Shown here: piece by piece, positions 25,579 through 36,400 of the stretch
How positions within the stretch are numbered: the first letter of the stretch is position 1
How the letters are laid out: every line of letters starts with the position of its first letter
From: Antedon mediterranea
Lineage: Eukaryota > Animalia > Echinodermata
Direction: 5' to 3'
DNA length: 64,000 nt
Assembly: GCF_964355755.1 (NCBI RefSeq)
Contig: NC_092677.1
Coordinates: forward strand, 12,174,101-12,238,100
Program-made: the position numbers and the translations under genes
Notes under the pieces: model-generated
Database searches by the model: none
What the model saw: the letters and a program-made list of their open reading frames with translations, nothing else
Told to the model about the DNA's origin: nothing

Positions 25579-28223
25579 TACGATTTCGAAAATTCAACTC
25601 TGAGAAAGATTCCATGAATTTTTATCGAGCAAAACTAATGTTGTATTTGCCATGGCGAGATGAAGAGACTGACTTGATTGGTAACTATCCGGATTTCGAA
25701 TCTCATTATCATGCAGTTTGTCATCGAGTTCGTAAAAAGGAAGCAAAATTCACTGAAAACCTTGACCTCATAGATCAAGCAATTCACGAGAACGCAGTGT
25801 ATGGGCCCCCAGAACATGCATGGGCAAATGTCGCACCTGGTACGGAACATGCTAATTTGCAAGATGTAAATGAAGGTGTCGAAATTGAACGTCACATACA
25901 CCAAGAAGACCTAGATGCAAATGCTGCAATGCTTGAGGAACCAGGATGTGGTCCAACGTCAGATTTGATTGCACGTTATCAAATTGAAACTGATAGAGAA
26001 CTGCTTTCACCCAGTGATTACAGAAAAATGGTGCGCGGTTTGAATGAGAAACAACGACAAATTGTGTTTTATCATAGAAATTGGTGCAAACATACAGTTA
26101 TAGCCATCAAAAACAAACAGAAAGTAATTCCGTACAGAATCTTTCTCAGTGGACCGGGTGGAGCAGGAAAAACTCACGTGATCAGACTGATTCATTCAGA
26201 CACCAGAAAGCTGCTTTCACTTTCACGGATCATAAAGCCAAATGATGTGACAGTTCTTCTGACAGCACCAACAGGTGTGGCAGCTTTTAACGTGGGAGGT
26301 ATGACAGTCCATTCTGCTTTGCTATTAAGAGTCAAGAAATATGGACAAGGAGGTGAACCACTTACGTTTGAGAAGTTAAACACCCTGCGATCTAAACTTG
26401 AGAACCTACAGCTGGTCATCATTGATGAAGTTTCAATGATTGGTTCCGATTTGCTGCTCAACATTCACAAGCGATTAGATGAAATTAAAGGTCAGTCTGG
26501 TGACGATATTTTGTTTGGCAACGTTTGTATTCTTGCTGTAGGAGACCTATACCAGCTACCGCCTGTGAAACAGTCACCCATTTATGCTCCAGTACATGAT
26601 AGAATGGAGAGACTCAATGGTTCACTGTGGAAAGACCACTTTCAACTACATGAGTTGGATAAAGTTATGCGACAGAAAGATGATCAAGCTTTTGCCGAAA
26701 TGCTTTGTCGAATCAGAGTTGGCAAACAAACTGACGATGATATTGAAATGCTGAAATCCCGAGTGATATCTGCAGAAGACGAAAACTATCCGGAAGATGC
26801 CTTGCATGTATATGCTTTAAATCGTGATGTTGATGAAAGAAATGAGAGAAAACTGGAATGTCTTGCACCGCTTGAAGAACAACGAACTCGTATCTTCGCG
26901 TCGGATGACAAACGTGACAGCACAGGTTTGGTAAATTTAGAGAATATCGGATCTTCTAAAAAACGTTCCGAGACAGCGGGATTGCACACAGTGTTGATTC
27001 TAACTGAAGGAGCACGAGTCATGCTGACATATAACGTTGACACAGCAGATGGTTTGGTAAATGGCGTCATAGGAACGGTTACATCAGTGGTAAGAAACGA
27101 CAAAGGGAAGGTACTAACTGTTCTTGTTTGCTTTGATAATGAGCAGGTTGGACTAAAGGCAAGATCTACAAGCCAATGGAAAGACATATACCCACTTGCA
27201 GTTCCAATTAAGCGTCATGAAGGAAAATTTGATAAAGGTGGGAAGAAAGGTGCACAAATTGCCCGGAGGCAGTTTCCTTTGACGTTAGCGTGGGCTGTGA
27301 CAATTCATAAATGTCAAGGACTCACTGTTGATCAGATTGTTGTTAGTATGAAAAATTCCAGACGGTTTGGACAAGGACAAGCCTATGTGGCATTTAGTCG
27401 TGTGCGATCTTTGAATGGTCTCTTCATCACAGATTTTGACGAGACAGGAATTAGAACCAGCCAAAAAATAGAAACAGAAATGAATGAAATGCGTGATCAA
27501 TTGGTGCATTCTATTCCAAAGCCAAACTTTGTCAAACTTCCCAAACCTGAATGGATCACACTTGGTCATCTCAATGTTCACTACTTCTTAGAGAAATTAT
27601 GTGACTTAAACAGCCACCATGAAACTGAACTTCTGGCAAAGACAGATGTCATGTGCTTTACCGAGACCTATTTGAAAAAGGAGCACATCATCGATCAATT
27701 TTTAATGATGCATAACTATATAGCGTTCAGAGAAGATGTGCCAGATGAACAAAATTACGCTGGCAGACATGGTGTTATGATATGTGCGTCACCAGACTTA
27801 AGACCATTGGAGCTTCCTTTGATCTCAGTAACTGGACTAGAATCAAATGTAGTTGTTCTCACGACAACAACATCTCGACTAATCGTTGCCGTTATATATA
27901 GAAAACCTTCACATTCAACAAAAGATTTCTTGCATTTACTAGACTCACTGCTTGCCCTGATGCCCTTGAATATTCCAACAATTATACTTGGTGATTTCAA
28001 TGATAATTTACTGAATGAGAAACAGTCCTCATTAACATATTTCATGGAGCGCAATGGCTTTAAGCAGTATGTGTGCAGAGCGACAACTGATGGCGGATCT
28101 TTGTTGGATCATATTTACTTTAACAGACATGATATTAATTTGAATGGTACTGTTCAGATTCATGTGCAGGATGTGTATTACTCAGACCATGACGCAGTAT
28201 TCTTATCAACAAACTGTTTATGA
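25575..28223 (+). CDS. Helentron RepHel protein, C-terminal part: PIF1-family SF1B helicase plus EEP/AP-like endonuclease (continuation of 21463..25578 after a -1 frameshift)
   Basis: GPGGAGKT (Walker A), APTGVAA, IIDEVSM (Walker B), GDLYQLPPV, TIHKCQG, QAYVAFSRV. Then HLNV, FTETYL, ILGDFND, LDHIY, YSDHDAV (EEP catalytic motifs). Confidence 0.93.
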   Translation: MIRFRKFNSEKDSMNFYRAKLMLYLPWRDEETDLIGNYPDFESHYHAVCHRVRKKEAKFTENLDLIDQAIHENAVYGPPEHAWANVAPGTEHANLQDVNEGVEIERHIHQEDLDANAAMLEEPGCGPTSDLIARYQIETDRELLSPSDYRKMVRGLNEKQRQIVFYHRNWCKHTVIAIKNKQKVIPYRIFLSGPGGAGKTHVIRLIHSDTRKLLSLSRIIKPNDVTVLLTAPTGVAAFNVGGMTVHSALLLRVKKYGQGGEPLTFEKLNTLRSKLENLQLVIIDEVSMIGSDLLLNIHKRLDEIKGQSGDDILFGNVCILAVGDLYQLPPVKQSPIYAPVHDRMERLNGSLWKDHFQLHELDKVMRQKDDQAFAEMLCRIRVGKQTDDDIEMLKSRVISAEDENYPEDALHVYALNRDVDERNERKLECLAPLEEQRTRIFASDDKRDSTGLVNLENIGSSKKRSETAGLHTVLILTEGARVMLTYNVDTADGLVNGVIGTVTSVVRNDKGKVLTVLVCFDNEQVGLKARSTSQWKDIYPLAVPIKRHEGKFDKGGKKGAQIARRQFPLTLAWAVTIHKCQGLTVDQIVVSMKNSRRFGQGQAYVAFSRVRSLNGLFITDFDETGIRTSQKIETEMNEMRDQLVHSIPKPNFVKLPKPEWITLGHLNVHYFLEKLCDLNSHHETELLAKTDVMCFTETYLKKEHIIDQFLMMHNYIAFREDVPDEQNYAGRHGVMICASPDLRPLELPLISVTGLESNVVVLTTTTSRLIVAVIYRKPSHSTKDFLHLLDSLLALMPLNIPTIILGDFNDNLLNEKQSSLTYFMERNGFKQYVCRATTDGGSLLDHIYFNRHDINLNGTVQIHVQDVYYSDHDAVFLSTNCL

Positions 28224-29236
28224 AGAGACATTTGATCTGATATGTAATATAATATAATAATAATACAGAATAATATCCGCCAAGTCACATGCTATGATAT
28301 GCACTTGATTTGAGGTAGATATTTGAAATAAAACCGAAGTGTTTTCGAATTATGTGTTTTGACCTAATTGTATTGTAGTAATGTGGAGTCATTCGAATCA
28401 AAAGCGTGTGTAAGCGATTTTGGTGTAAAGGTAAATCAAAATTGGCCTCCTAAACAAACTTGACCTTGACCGATTTGAACCCGATCAAAGTTCAGTATAT
28501 TATGTCATAAACCTCCCATGTAACATAAAAATAGTGACATAATTTCTCTAGATTTAATTATAAATCAGCCGTATAATTTATATACTAAGAAATATACTTG
28601 AACAAACAATAAAAAAAAATCTGATTTCGTTTCATTTCCCAAGGTGAGACTCGATCTCGGTAACTTAAATGCTGTAGACACCAGCATGCACAGAACACCG
28701 AGCCATACACAACTGACTAACATTTGAAGAAAGATTCCTATGTGTATTTACCATTGTGAGCGATAGAGCAATGACAAACACACACGCAACCCGAACCGAA
28801 CAATAGAACAGCACGCGGAAAAAACACACGGGTGAATTTGAAAAGAAATAGGTTTTTAAAACTATTCGCATCAAAAAACCTGTACATTAAATGTAATTAT
28901 GTTTTAAAATTACAAATCACAAATTATAACACTTGCCTCTTGTACAAAAATGAAGTTTTTTGGACAAGTAGTTCTCGAGAAAATGCAATTTAAGTACTTG
29001 TTAATTTAAGACTGCTCACCGGCTTTTTATAATTCTGTCCTATCTTTTAACACTAGCAGGTCTGAAAATAATAATTAAAAGTGGCCCAGAATTGGAACCG
29101 TGGTCCGGATTTTAACCAAAATTGGGCGGTGTCTTCCTTGCACCAGGTGACATGTATGGTAGTAATTTGGAGTCATTCGAATCAAAACTGTGAGCGCTAG
29201 AGTGATGACAAACAAACAAACAAACAAACAAACAAA

Positions 29237-29905
29237 CTAGCCTTCGCGCATAGCGCGATACTTGGCCAAATCAAAATTGGCCTCCTGACATTGACCCAAT
29301 TTTCACCAAAAGTGTGTGTCTTATGCTGTGTGATTTAGGCTAATTTCACTACAATCATGTGTATACAAGTTTGGTGTACAGGTTATGTAACCAGCCTTTC
29401 AACGAACAATAGCTTCAGTCGGCTAACAATAGAACAGCAACGCGAAAAACACACTGGTGATATTGAAGAGAAATAGGTTTTGTAAACTACTCGCATCAAA
29501 AAACCTGTATATTAAATCAATTAATGTTGTAAAATTACAAATCACCAATTATAACTCTTGCCTCTTGTACAAAAATGAAGTTTTTTGGAGAAGTAGTTCT
29601 CGAGAAAATGCAATTTTAGTTTACTTGTTAATTTAAGACTGCTCACCGGCCTTTGATAATTCTGTCCTTTCTTTTAACACTAGCAGGTCTGAAAATAATT
29701 TTTAAAAGTGGCCCAGATTTGGAACCGTGGTCCAGATTTTAACCAAAATTGGGCGGTGTCGTCCTTGCACCAGGTGACATGTATGGTATTAATTTGGAGT
29801 CATTCGAATCAAAACTGTGAGCGCTAGAGTGATGACAAACAAACAAACAAACACACAAACCGCACCAATCAACATACTTGGCCAATTTTCAATTTGGCCA
29901 AGTAA
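29237..29905 (-). mobile_element. Complete short-type family-B HINE nested in the GTTT tract of the autonomous element
   Basis: Cap at 29873-29904, core, hairpin and CTAG at 29237, with microsatellite on both sides. Confidence 0.75.
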
Positions 29906-30135
29906 CAAACACACAAACCAAACAGATCAACATACTTGGCCAATTTTCAATTTGGCCAAGTAACAAACACACAAACCGCACCAATCAACATACTTGGCCA
30001 ATTTTCAATTTGGCCAAGTAACAAACAAACAAACACACAAACCAAACAGATCAACATACTTGGCCAATTTTCAATTTGGCCAAGTAACAAACACACACAC
30101 AAACCGCACCAATCAACATACTTGGCCAAGTAACA
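29860..30135 (-). repeat. Stack of five family-B 5' caps (the last one collapsed)
   Basis: catacttggccaattttcaatttggccaagtaac at 29873, 29931, ~29989 and ~30055; catacttggccaagtaac at 30117. Confidence 0.9.
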
Positions 30136-30177
30136 AACACACGCTACCGATTACATATACCTCCTTGCCGGAGGTAA
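30133..30177 (-). mobile_element. 5' end of a family-A HINE bounding the whole array
   Basis: Reverse complement tttacctccggcaaggaggtatatgtaatcggtagcgtgtgtttgtt matches 50943-50989 with one mismatch. Confidence 0.85.
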
Positions 30178-30774
30178 AATATATATATAAACATTAAAAA
30201 TAAAGCTCAGCAAAACAGACAAATATAAAGAGATATCAAAAAAGTAATGAGTAAGATTGCACGTTATCAATTAAAGACCATTATAGTTATCATAATTATT
30301 ATTAATATTAAATATTGCGTTCAAAATGCTTTTTAATATGTGATTTGAAAGTTTAAATTAGTTGGAAGAGCGCTTTACTGTATGTATTGTTTAAATCATG
30401 TGTTTTAGCCCAAAAAATTGTTGTCAAGTGTCAATTGTATTACCTCAAAGTTATGCTAAACATGATCTGACTACTTGACTCCCCAATGCAAAAAAAACAG
30501 TTACTATACTAGTATCAACTACCACATAATAGTACAGTAGGCTACCAACTGCTTATTTAGGTATAAATTTAACACTAGTCATCTGCGAAGTCTTAGGGTC
30601 TAGAAGTATGAACGTCATGGCCTTATTTGAACAGTACAGTAGGCCTATATTGTATGGAATTTGCACATTATAAATTTATAATAAATTATTATATGTTATT
30701 TATTTTAATACCTTTTAATTGAAATTTTTATCAGTCCCGCTGAGGTTTTTATTTTGTTTATTTTTTTAATTTTT

Positions 30775-31078
30775 TTTTTGTGGACCTTGATCTTTGACCC
30801 TGACCCTTCAAAATTTAACCACAATTATATGATGAGTCATTGATCATTGAGAATCGGATAAAAACTGTGGTCTCTAGTCAGTAAAATAGTTTTTTGTTAG
30901 TTTTGACCTTGAACTATGACTTTTTCCCTCACAATCGAACTCGTCCAAGCTTTTGGGGCATAGATCATTGTGGCCAAATTCGGATGAAAACTGTGGCCTC
31001 CAGGCTGTTCAGAGACACACATACACGCACGCGCAAAGATACAGGGGTGAAAATATAACCTCCTTGGCGGAGGTAATA
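30775..31078 (-). mobile_element. Partial HINE with family-A-type 5' end
   Basis: Minus strand begins ttattacctccgccaaggaggttatatt, followed by a GT-rich tract and ggtcaa-rich core. No 3' hairpin seen. Confidence 0.7.
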
Positions 31079-31158
31079 AAGAGATATTTAAATCATATGT
31101 ACATGAGTATTTGTTACAATACATCAGAATATTTCTATAAAAACAACATGGTACTTAC

Positions 31159-33438
31159 TTTCAGTGCATTTGTAACCCTTCAAACCTGATGGACATACAA
31201 AGCCAATCGGAGACAGGAGGCTTATAAGAGTTTCATGAAGGTCTCCTGCATTAGATGAGGAGCAATCCTCACTACCACATTCAGTGTCAACTTAAGAAAT
31301 AGGCAAAGTATTGTGTTTTAATATACATGTATGTGACAAACCTAGAAAGAATTATGTACAGTCAAGATGACATGTTAAAATACCACATAAAGAAAAGGTT
31401 GAATAGTGTTCTCACCATTTTCACATCGTGTACCACTATACCCAGGTGGACAGCTGCAGGTACAACTGCCATAAGAATTTCCACCATTGTAACAATCTGG
31501 ACAATCGGAAGAAAATTTAGTACAACTAAGATTTATTATAGTTTTGAGAACCATATATCTGAGACATTTTCTATAGAAGTTGGAGAATATAATTTTTTTT
31601 TTATCTATTGTAACAATTGTACTGATTTTGCTTACAAGGTTCACAGTGAGCACCACTAAAACCAGCTGGACAAACACAGGTGCAATAACTGACATCACAA
31701 TGTCCACCATGACAATATGGACAACCAGAAGAACAAGACGGGATTACAGAAGTTGGAAAAGCTGTAAAAACAATGCATACAACACATTTGTTATTCTTTG
31801 TAGCACTTTCAATTTATAAACTTCAAAATAGGGAATAGTCCAGTGATCAAAATATACTAGGCAACAAACTCAATATCATGTTTCTCAATCTTCAATAATA
31901 TACAAATAATGAATGTTTCGCCTCGTTGAGATATAGCAAATTCATGTCAATTGAATCAGATTGAATAAAAGGGTAGGCTTTTGATTCACATTAAAACAGT
32001 AACATTTATTTTTTTTTTTAAATAATATTAAATATTATATTTATTTGAATTTTATTATTATTATTATTATTTATTAACACACCTACTGTAATGTAATTAC
32101 TGTATGTAACCAAATGATCAAACATTTCTAGGCTAAAGCACCTAGGCCTAGCCTAATACTAACAGGCCTAGAAAGGCAGTGATACTATTACGAAACTTCG
32201 AAAGGCAATTGAAACTTATGTAGGCTAATTCTGTTTTTTCCAACGTTTTGTTAAAGATGTTCCCATTTTTTCATCAAAATTATACAAAAGATCTAAAGCT
32301 AATTTAAATGCTTTTTTTGGTCTAAATTAGTACATCTCTCCAATAATGTACTTCCATCACGATACCAGTCATCACACTCAATCTTCATGGCAGAAGTACA
32401 AAATAGGTGGCGCTGTTGTTGTATTTCAAAAGTAATTGTATGAAATAAAATATTTTTCAAATGCGATAAGATTTTTTTTCGTACATGTCAAAAATTACTA
32501 GTAATAAATTGTTAATTAATTTTATATTTGTTAAATAGATAGAATATCTTTAATTTTAGTTTAATTACTTTAAGAATACAAACCTGATATTTCACAAACA
32601 TACTGCATATGTTTAACAAAACAGAAGTCATATCCGAAGTGGTATTGATCTTTACTCACAAAATACCCACACTTCTTAAAATTTGCCTTGTCAACGCTGA
32701 ATGAAGGTGGGCTACAGTCTAACCAGTGACAATTACCATTGAATGCTTCACAAAAACATCCTGAAGCAGAATACAGAAGGTATTACATTTTTAATCATTA
32801 CCAAACCTATAAATGGCTGCTCCGGGTATAAATTTCAATTGTGTATTAATATACTGTACCTTTTTAACAAAATTAATAATAATCTCTTTCCTAAAAAGTG
32901 GTGTTTCAGGAATCTGTGTAAAATTGGAAGTTATTTAGATTTATATACTTTTTTCCCCTACGAAAAAGGTCTCAAATTTACATAAATGAAAACATTTTTA
33001 AAACGGCTTATTCATGATGCTTGTTCTGTTTGACAAAAAATAAGTGGGATTTATATTGTAAATGTTGTTGTAAAGGTTTACACTTTATAACAAACACTTT
33101 AAACACTGGAAATATCCTTTAATTTATGAATTATATTGTAGTTGGACAAGTTTGTGTGTGTGCGCTTAAATCTTTAAATTCTTCTTCTTTTATGTATATT
33201 GGAAATACTGAATAGAAAAAGTACATGAGCATACCTATCCAATATTTATTAGTAGTATTAGTTCTTCTCTGGATGTACTCAATTTCAGCCTCGGTTTTAA
33301 TTAGGGCTAAATCTCCATTTTCAACTTTCATACATTCCAATCTAGCATCTTTCCATGTAATTGGTGTGGACGACGTGACAAATCGGTAACACGAGCCTTC
33401 AAAACCAGTCTCCCAACCATCAAACATGCTACAAGGAT
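31159..33438 (-). CDS. CTLD-4 (two exons) and three EGF-like exons, partly degenerate
   Basis: GSCYRFV...ITWKDARLEC...DLALI...YWIG; CPYCHGGHCDVSYCTCVCPAGFSGAHCE; CYNGG...CSCPPGYSGTRCE; CPSGLKGYKCTE. Confidence 0.8.
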
Positions 33439-36400
33439 CTGAAAAGGCAAAATGTTATTTAGAATAAAATAATAGTTATAAAATGGGATCTGAGAAAGAG
33501 GACTTTATTCTTACAGTATCATCATTTAATATTAACAGAAAGAGAAACCTGTAATTTTATTTTTTTATCTCAATGTGTCTCAATCGATTTTATCAACTTT
33601 TGTTCGACTTTAGTAATTGCATTTTATTGATGGTAGGTACGAGTTTTCACTGTCAATGTATTTGACCCTTATTTTTAATGAATTATGTGTTATAGGCAGT
33701 CTAAAGTAACAAGGTTCTAAAATAAAAAAATATATAGATCATATAGGTCATAGAGGTCATGGGGAATACATGAGAAAAGGGAGAGTGAAACACGGTTCGA
33801 GCACATGTTTTTTTTAACAGTTTGCAGGGAATGGGGCAGTGATTAAAAGATGAGCTATTAACTCAATCTTGCCTGACTCCATGATAGCATTTGGTTTAAA
33901 ATTAATAGATATTTTACCATTTTCACAGTGGGTACCACTAAATCCAGGTGGACAGACACAGGTGCAAGATCTGGCATGACAACGTCCACCATTGTAACAA
34001 ATTGGACAATTAAGAGCACAGGATGGGATACCACAATAAGAAGTCGGACATTCTGTAAAGACAGGACAAATCCACAGCACATCAATAATACAATGAAGTA
34101 AAAAAATTCAGGGAATTCAACTGGGTCCCTAACACCTGAATCCATCACAGCATTTTTCAATTTTTTTTTTATTTCCTTTTTTTTTTATTGAAACAATAAT
34201 GGAAAAAAAGAAATATATATAACTAGAAATAATTAAATTTGAAAATAATAAAAGGTACAAGATTTTGAGTCTGGTTCTGAGAATATAGCAGCTAAAAAAA
34301 CCACATAAAGTACCGTACCTGTGACATATAAATATATAAAATGATGCATCCTAAAATGCCGTTCTCCCTGGTAATAACACTCATACACACCCTCATCTTC
34401 ACGACGAGCATTGACAATGGTCAGGTTTTTCACATCATGTGATGAGTCGCTGTATATAAGTTTGTTGTTATGTCTCCAACGAAGATTGTTTGCAGTGGAT
34501 GCAATCACAGTAAGTGTTACTGTCTCTCCAAGACCAACAGTCACAGATCTCTGGGATGGCTCTACTTTGACATTTGCTTGACAATAACATGGATAATTTT
34601 TTAATTTTAAATAATAAATAAAACAAAATATTAAGCTTTTAACATGTGAAAATCTTGTTGAATTTAACACACTTAGCTATTGTTGATTGAAAAATGTAAC
34701 TGCATAAAAAAAAATTACAACCAGTGCAGTGATCTACTGAAAATTTAATTAATTGATTAATTTGAAACAATAAAGATGAGGAAATCTGTGAGAATGAGAA
34801 AGTATTGAAAATATATATAATTTATATTATACAGTAGAACTCCTTCCTATTCAATAAGCAATAAAAATAACGGGACAATTTTCTAGGAAAAAAACTTCTT
34901 TAATTTCTTTTATTTTCTGTAGAAAAAAATGTATATTCATCAATTTATTATAGTTGGTTATTGTGCTAGTATAAACAGCCTCTAAAGGGACATAAGACAG
35001 ATGAGGAACAATATATTGTCCCTTAATAGAGGTTTCCAATGAATAGGGTGTCTCAACTCTCTACTGCAATTTGTATATAATGTATCAATTTTTTATAAAT
35101 TCTACTTACCAGTTGCCTTTAAAACCATCCATTGTACAGTTGTACTAACACCATTCAATTCAATTCGAATTTGAAAGACACCAACAGGCTCCTCAGATGT
35201 CATTTCGATCGTGACCATTGTGTTTTGACTGTTTGTTTTAACATTCATATTCGGGAAATTTGTCTCCGAAGAGGAAATCTCAGCTTTGTCCGATGTGTAG
35301 CTTGTCAAAGATAGTAATGAACTAATGTAAACATTACTGTCTTCATCCTTATAACACGTTACTGATTTTTCAGAATATAATACTGAGCAATGAACATTTA
35401 ATGGTGGGTCTAAAGAAAAAACAATAAATACATTGAAAAGTTATAAGCAAAAACAATAAATACAAGAATTTTTTTTAACGTAGTCTCAATCTGACAAAGT
35501 TTCCACCTTTCTTTAAAAATAGGACAGTTTGATTCTTAACCTGGTAAAGAATTATAAATATTTTATTTTAATTTAACCTTGTTTTGATTTATATTAGAAT
35601 TATGAAGAATTCCATGAACAAGTTGAAAAGTCTATAACAGTTAATTTTAGTCAGCTTTGGTAAAGTCTTAGACAAAAGTGTTTTTTGAAAAGTAGACAAA
35701 ATGAGGTCACATTTAACAGTGATAAAATTTGTTTCTTAAAGTTATACTGAAATGAGTAAATAAAATAACATAAATATTACTATAAAATATCAAGTAAGTC
35801 GACCATGAAATATACTCACCAAAGATTTCAGAGGTATGATGTTGCACAGGTGTAATCATATATGCTGAAAAAAGATAAAGAAATACATTAAGAATTCCTT
35901 GCCATTTCATTATTACAATCATAGGGTATTTTATATTATCTTATTTGGGAAAATCTGTCAATGTACATTATGTACAAAGGGAGTTTTCCTTCTGAAAATA
36001 TCAAATTTATTAGGGTAGAGACCCAGGTAGAGAACGTGATGATGGAAATGTTACGTTGCATATCATTTGTATACTTGCCTCTTTCACATATGAAATGCAC
36101 TTTAGAATCACAAGAAGATCTTTTCAAAGAAGATCCATTAAACACTACACAATCAAAGGCTTCGTCACCATCCATGGTTGATATGTCTGTAGTAATAATA
36201 ATAATGAAATTTATTCTGCAATCCTTCACAGTGTGGTAGCCATGTTTTATAGCCATATTTTATATGGAATGGTTGCGAGAGGGAAGCAAACTCTTACAAT
36301 ATTGCGGTATACTTAAGGTCAACTCAAACAGCGTCGTACGACAAGGACCTACGAAATGTCTTGACCCGTCGGTGCTGTCTGAGTTGAATCCCGATAAGAT

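Larger units (their letters stand above)
17330..29963 (+). mobile_element. Autonomous Helitron2/Helentron-type element (family B), ~12 kb, with one HINE nested near its right end
   Basis: Left end is the family-B CTAG/hairpin terminus at 17330. The interior carries the RepHel-EN ORFs. 28433-29215 is a long-type array unit leading to stacked palindromic caps. Which cap belongs to this element is inferred from nesting order. Confidence 0.8.

Noticed and set aside
21701-28054. Alternative-frame and antisense ORFs inside RepHel
   Set aside because: Shadows of a long coding region and its 69-bp repeat; no motifs.
27555-28223. EEP domain as a separate LINE insertion
   Set aside because: It is in frame with the helicase, has no RT or tail, and the fusion is characteristic of Helentrons.
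29860-30135. CRISPR-like look: ~35-bp palindromic repeats at ~60-bp spacing
   Set aside because: Spacers are microsatellite plus one of two fixed sequences, there are no cas genes, the context is an intron-containing eukaryotic locus, and the repeats are Helentron caps.
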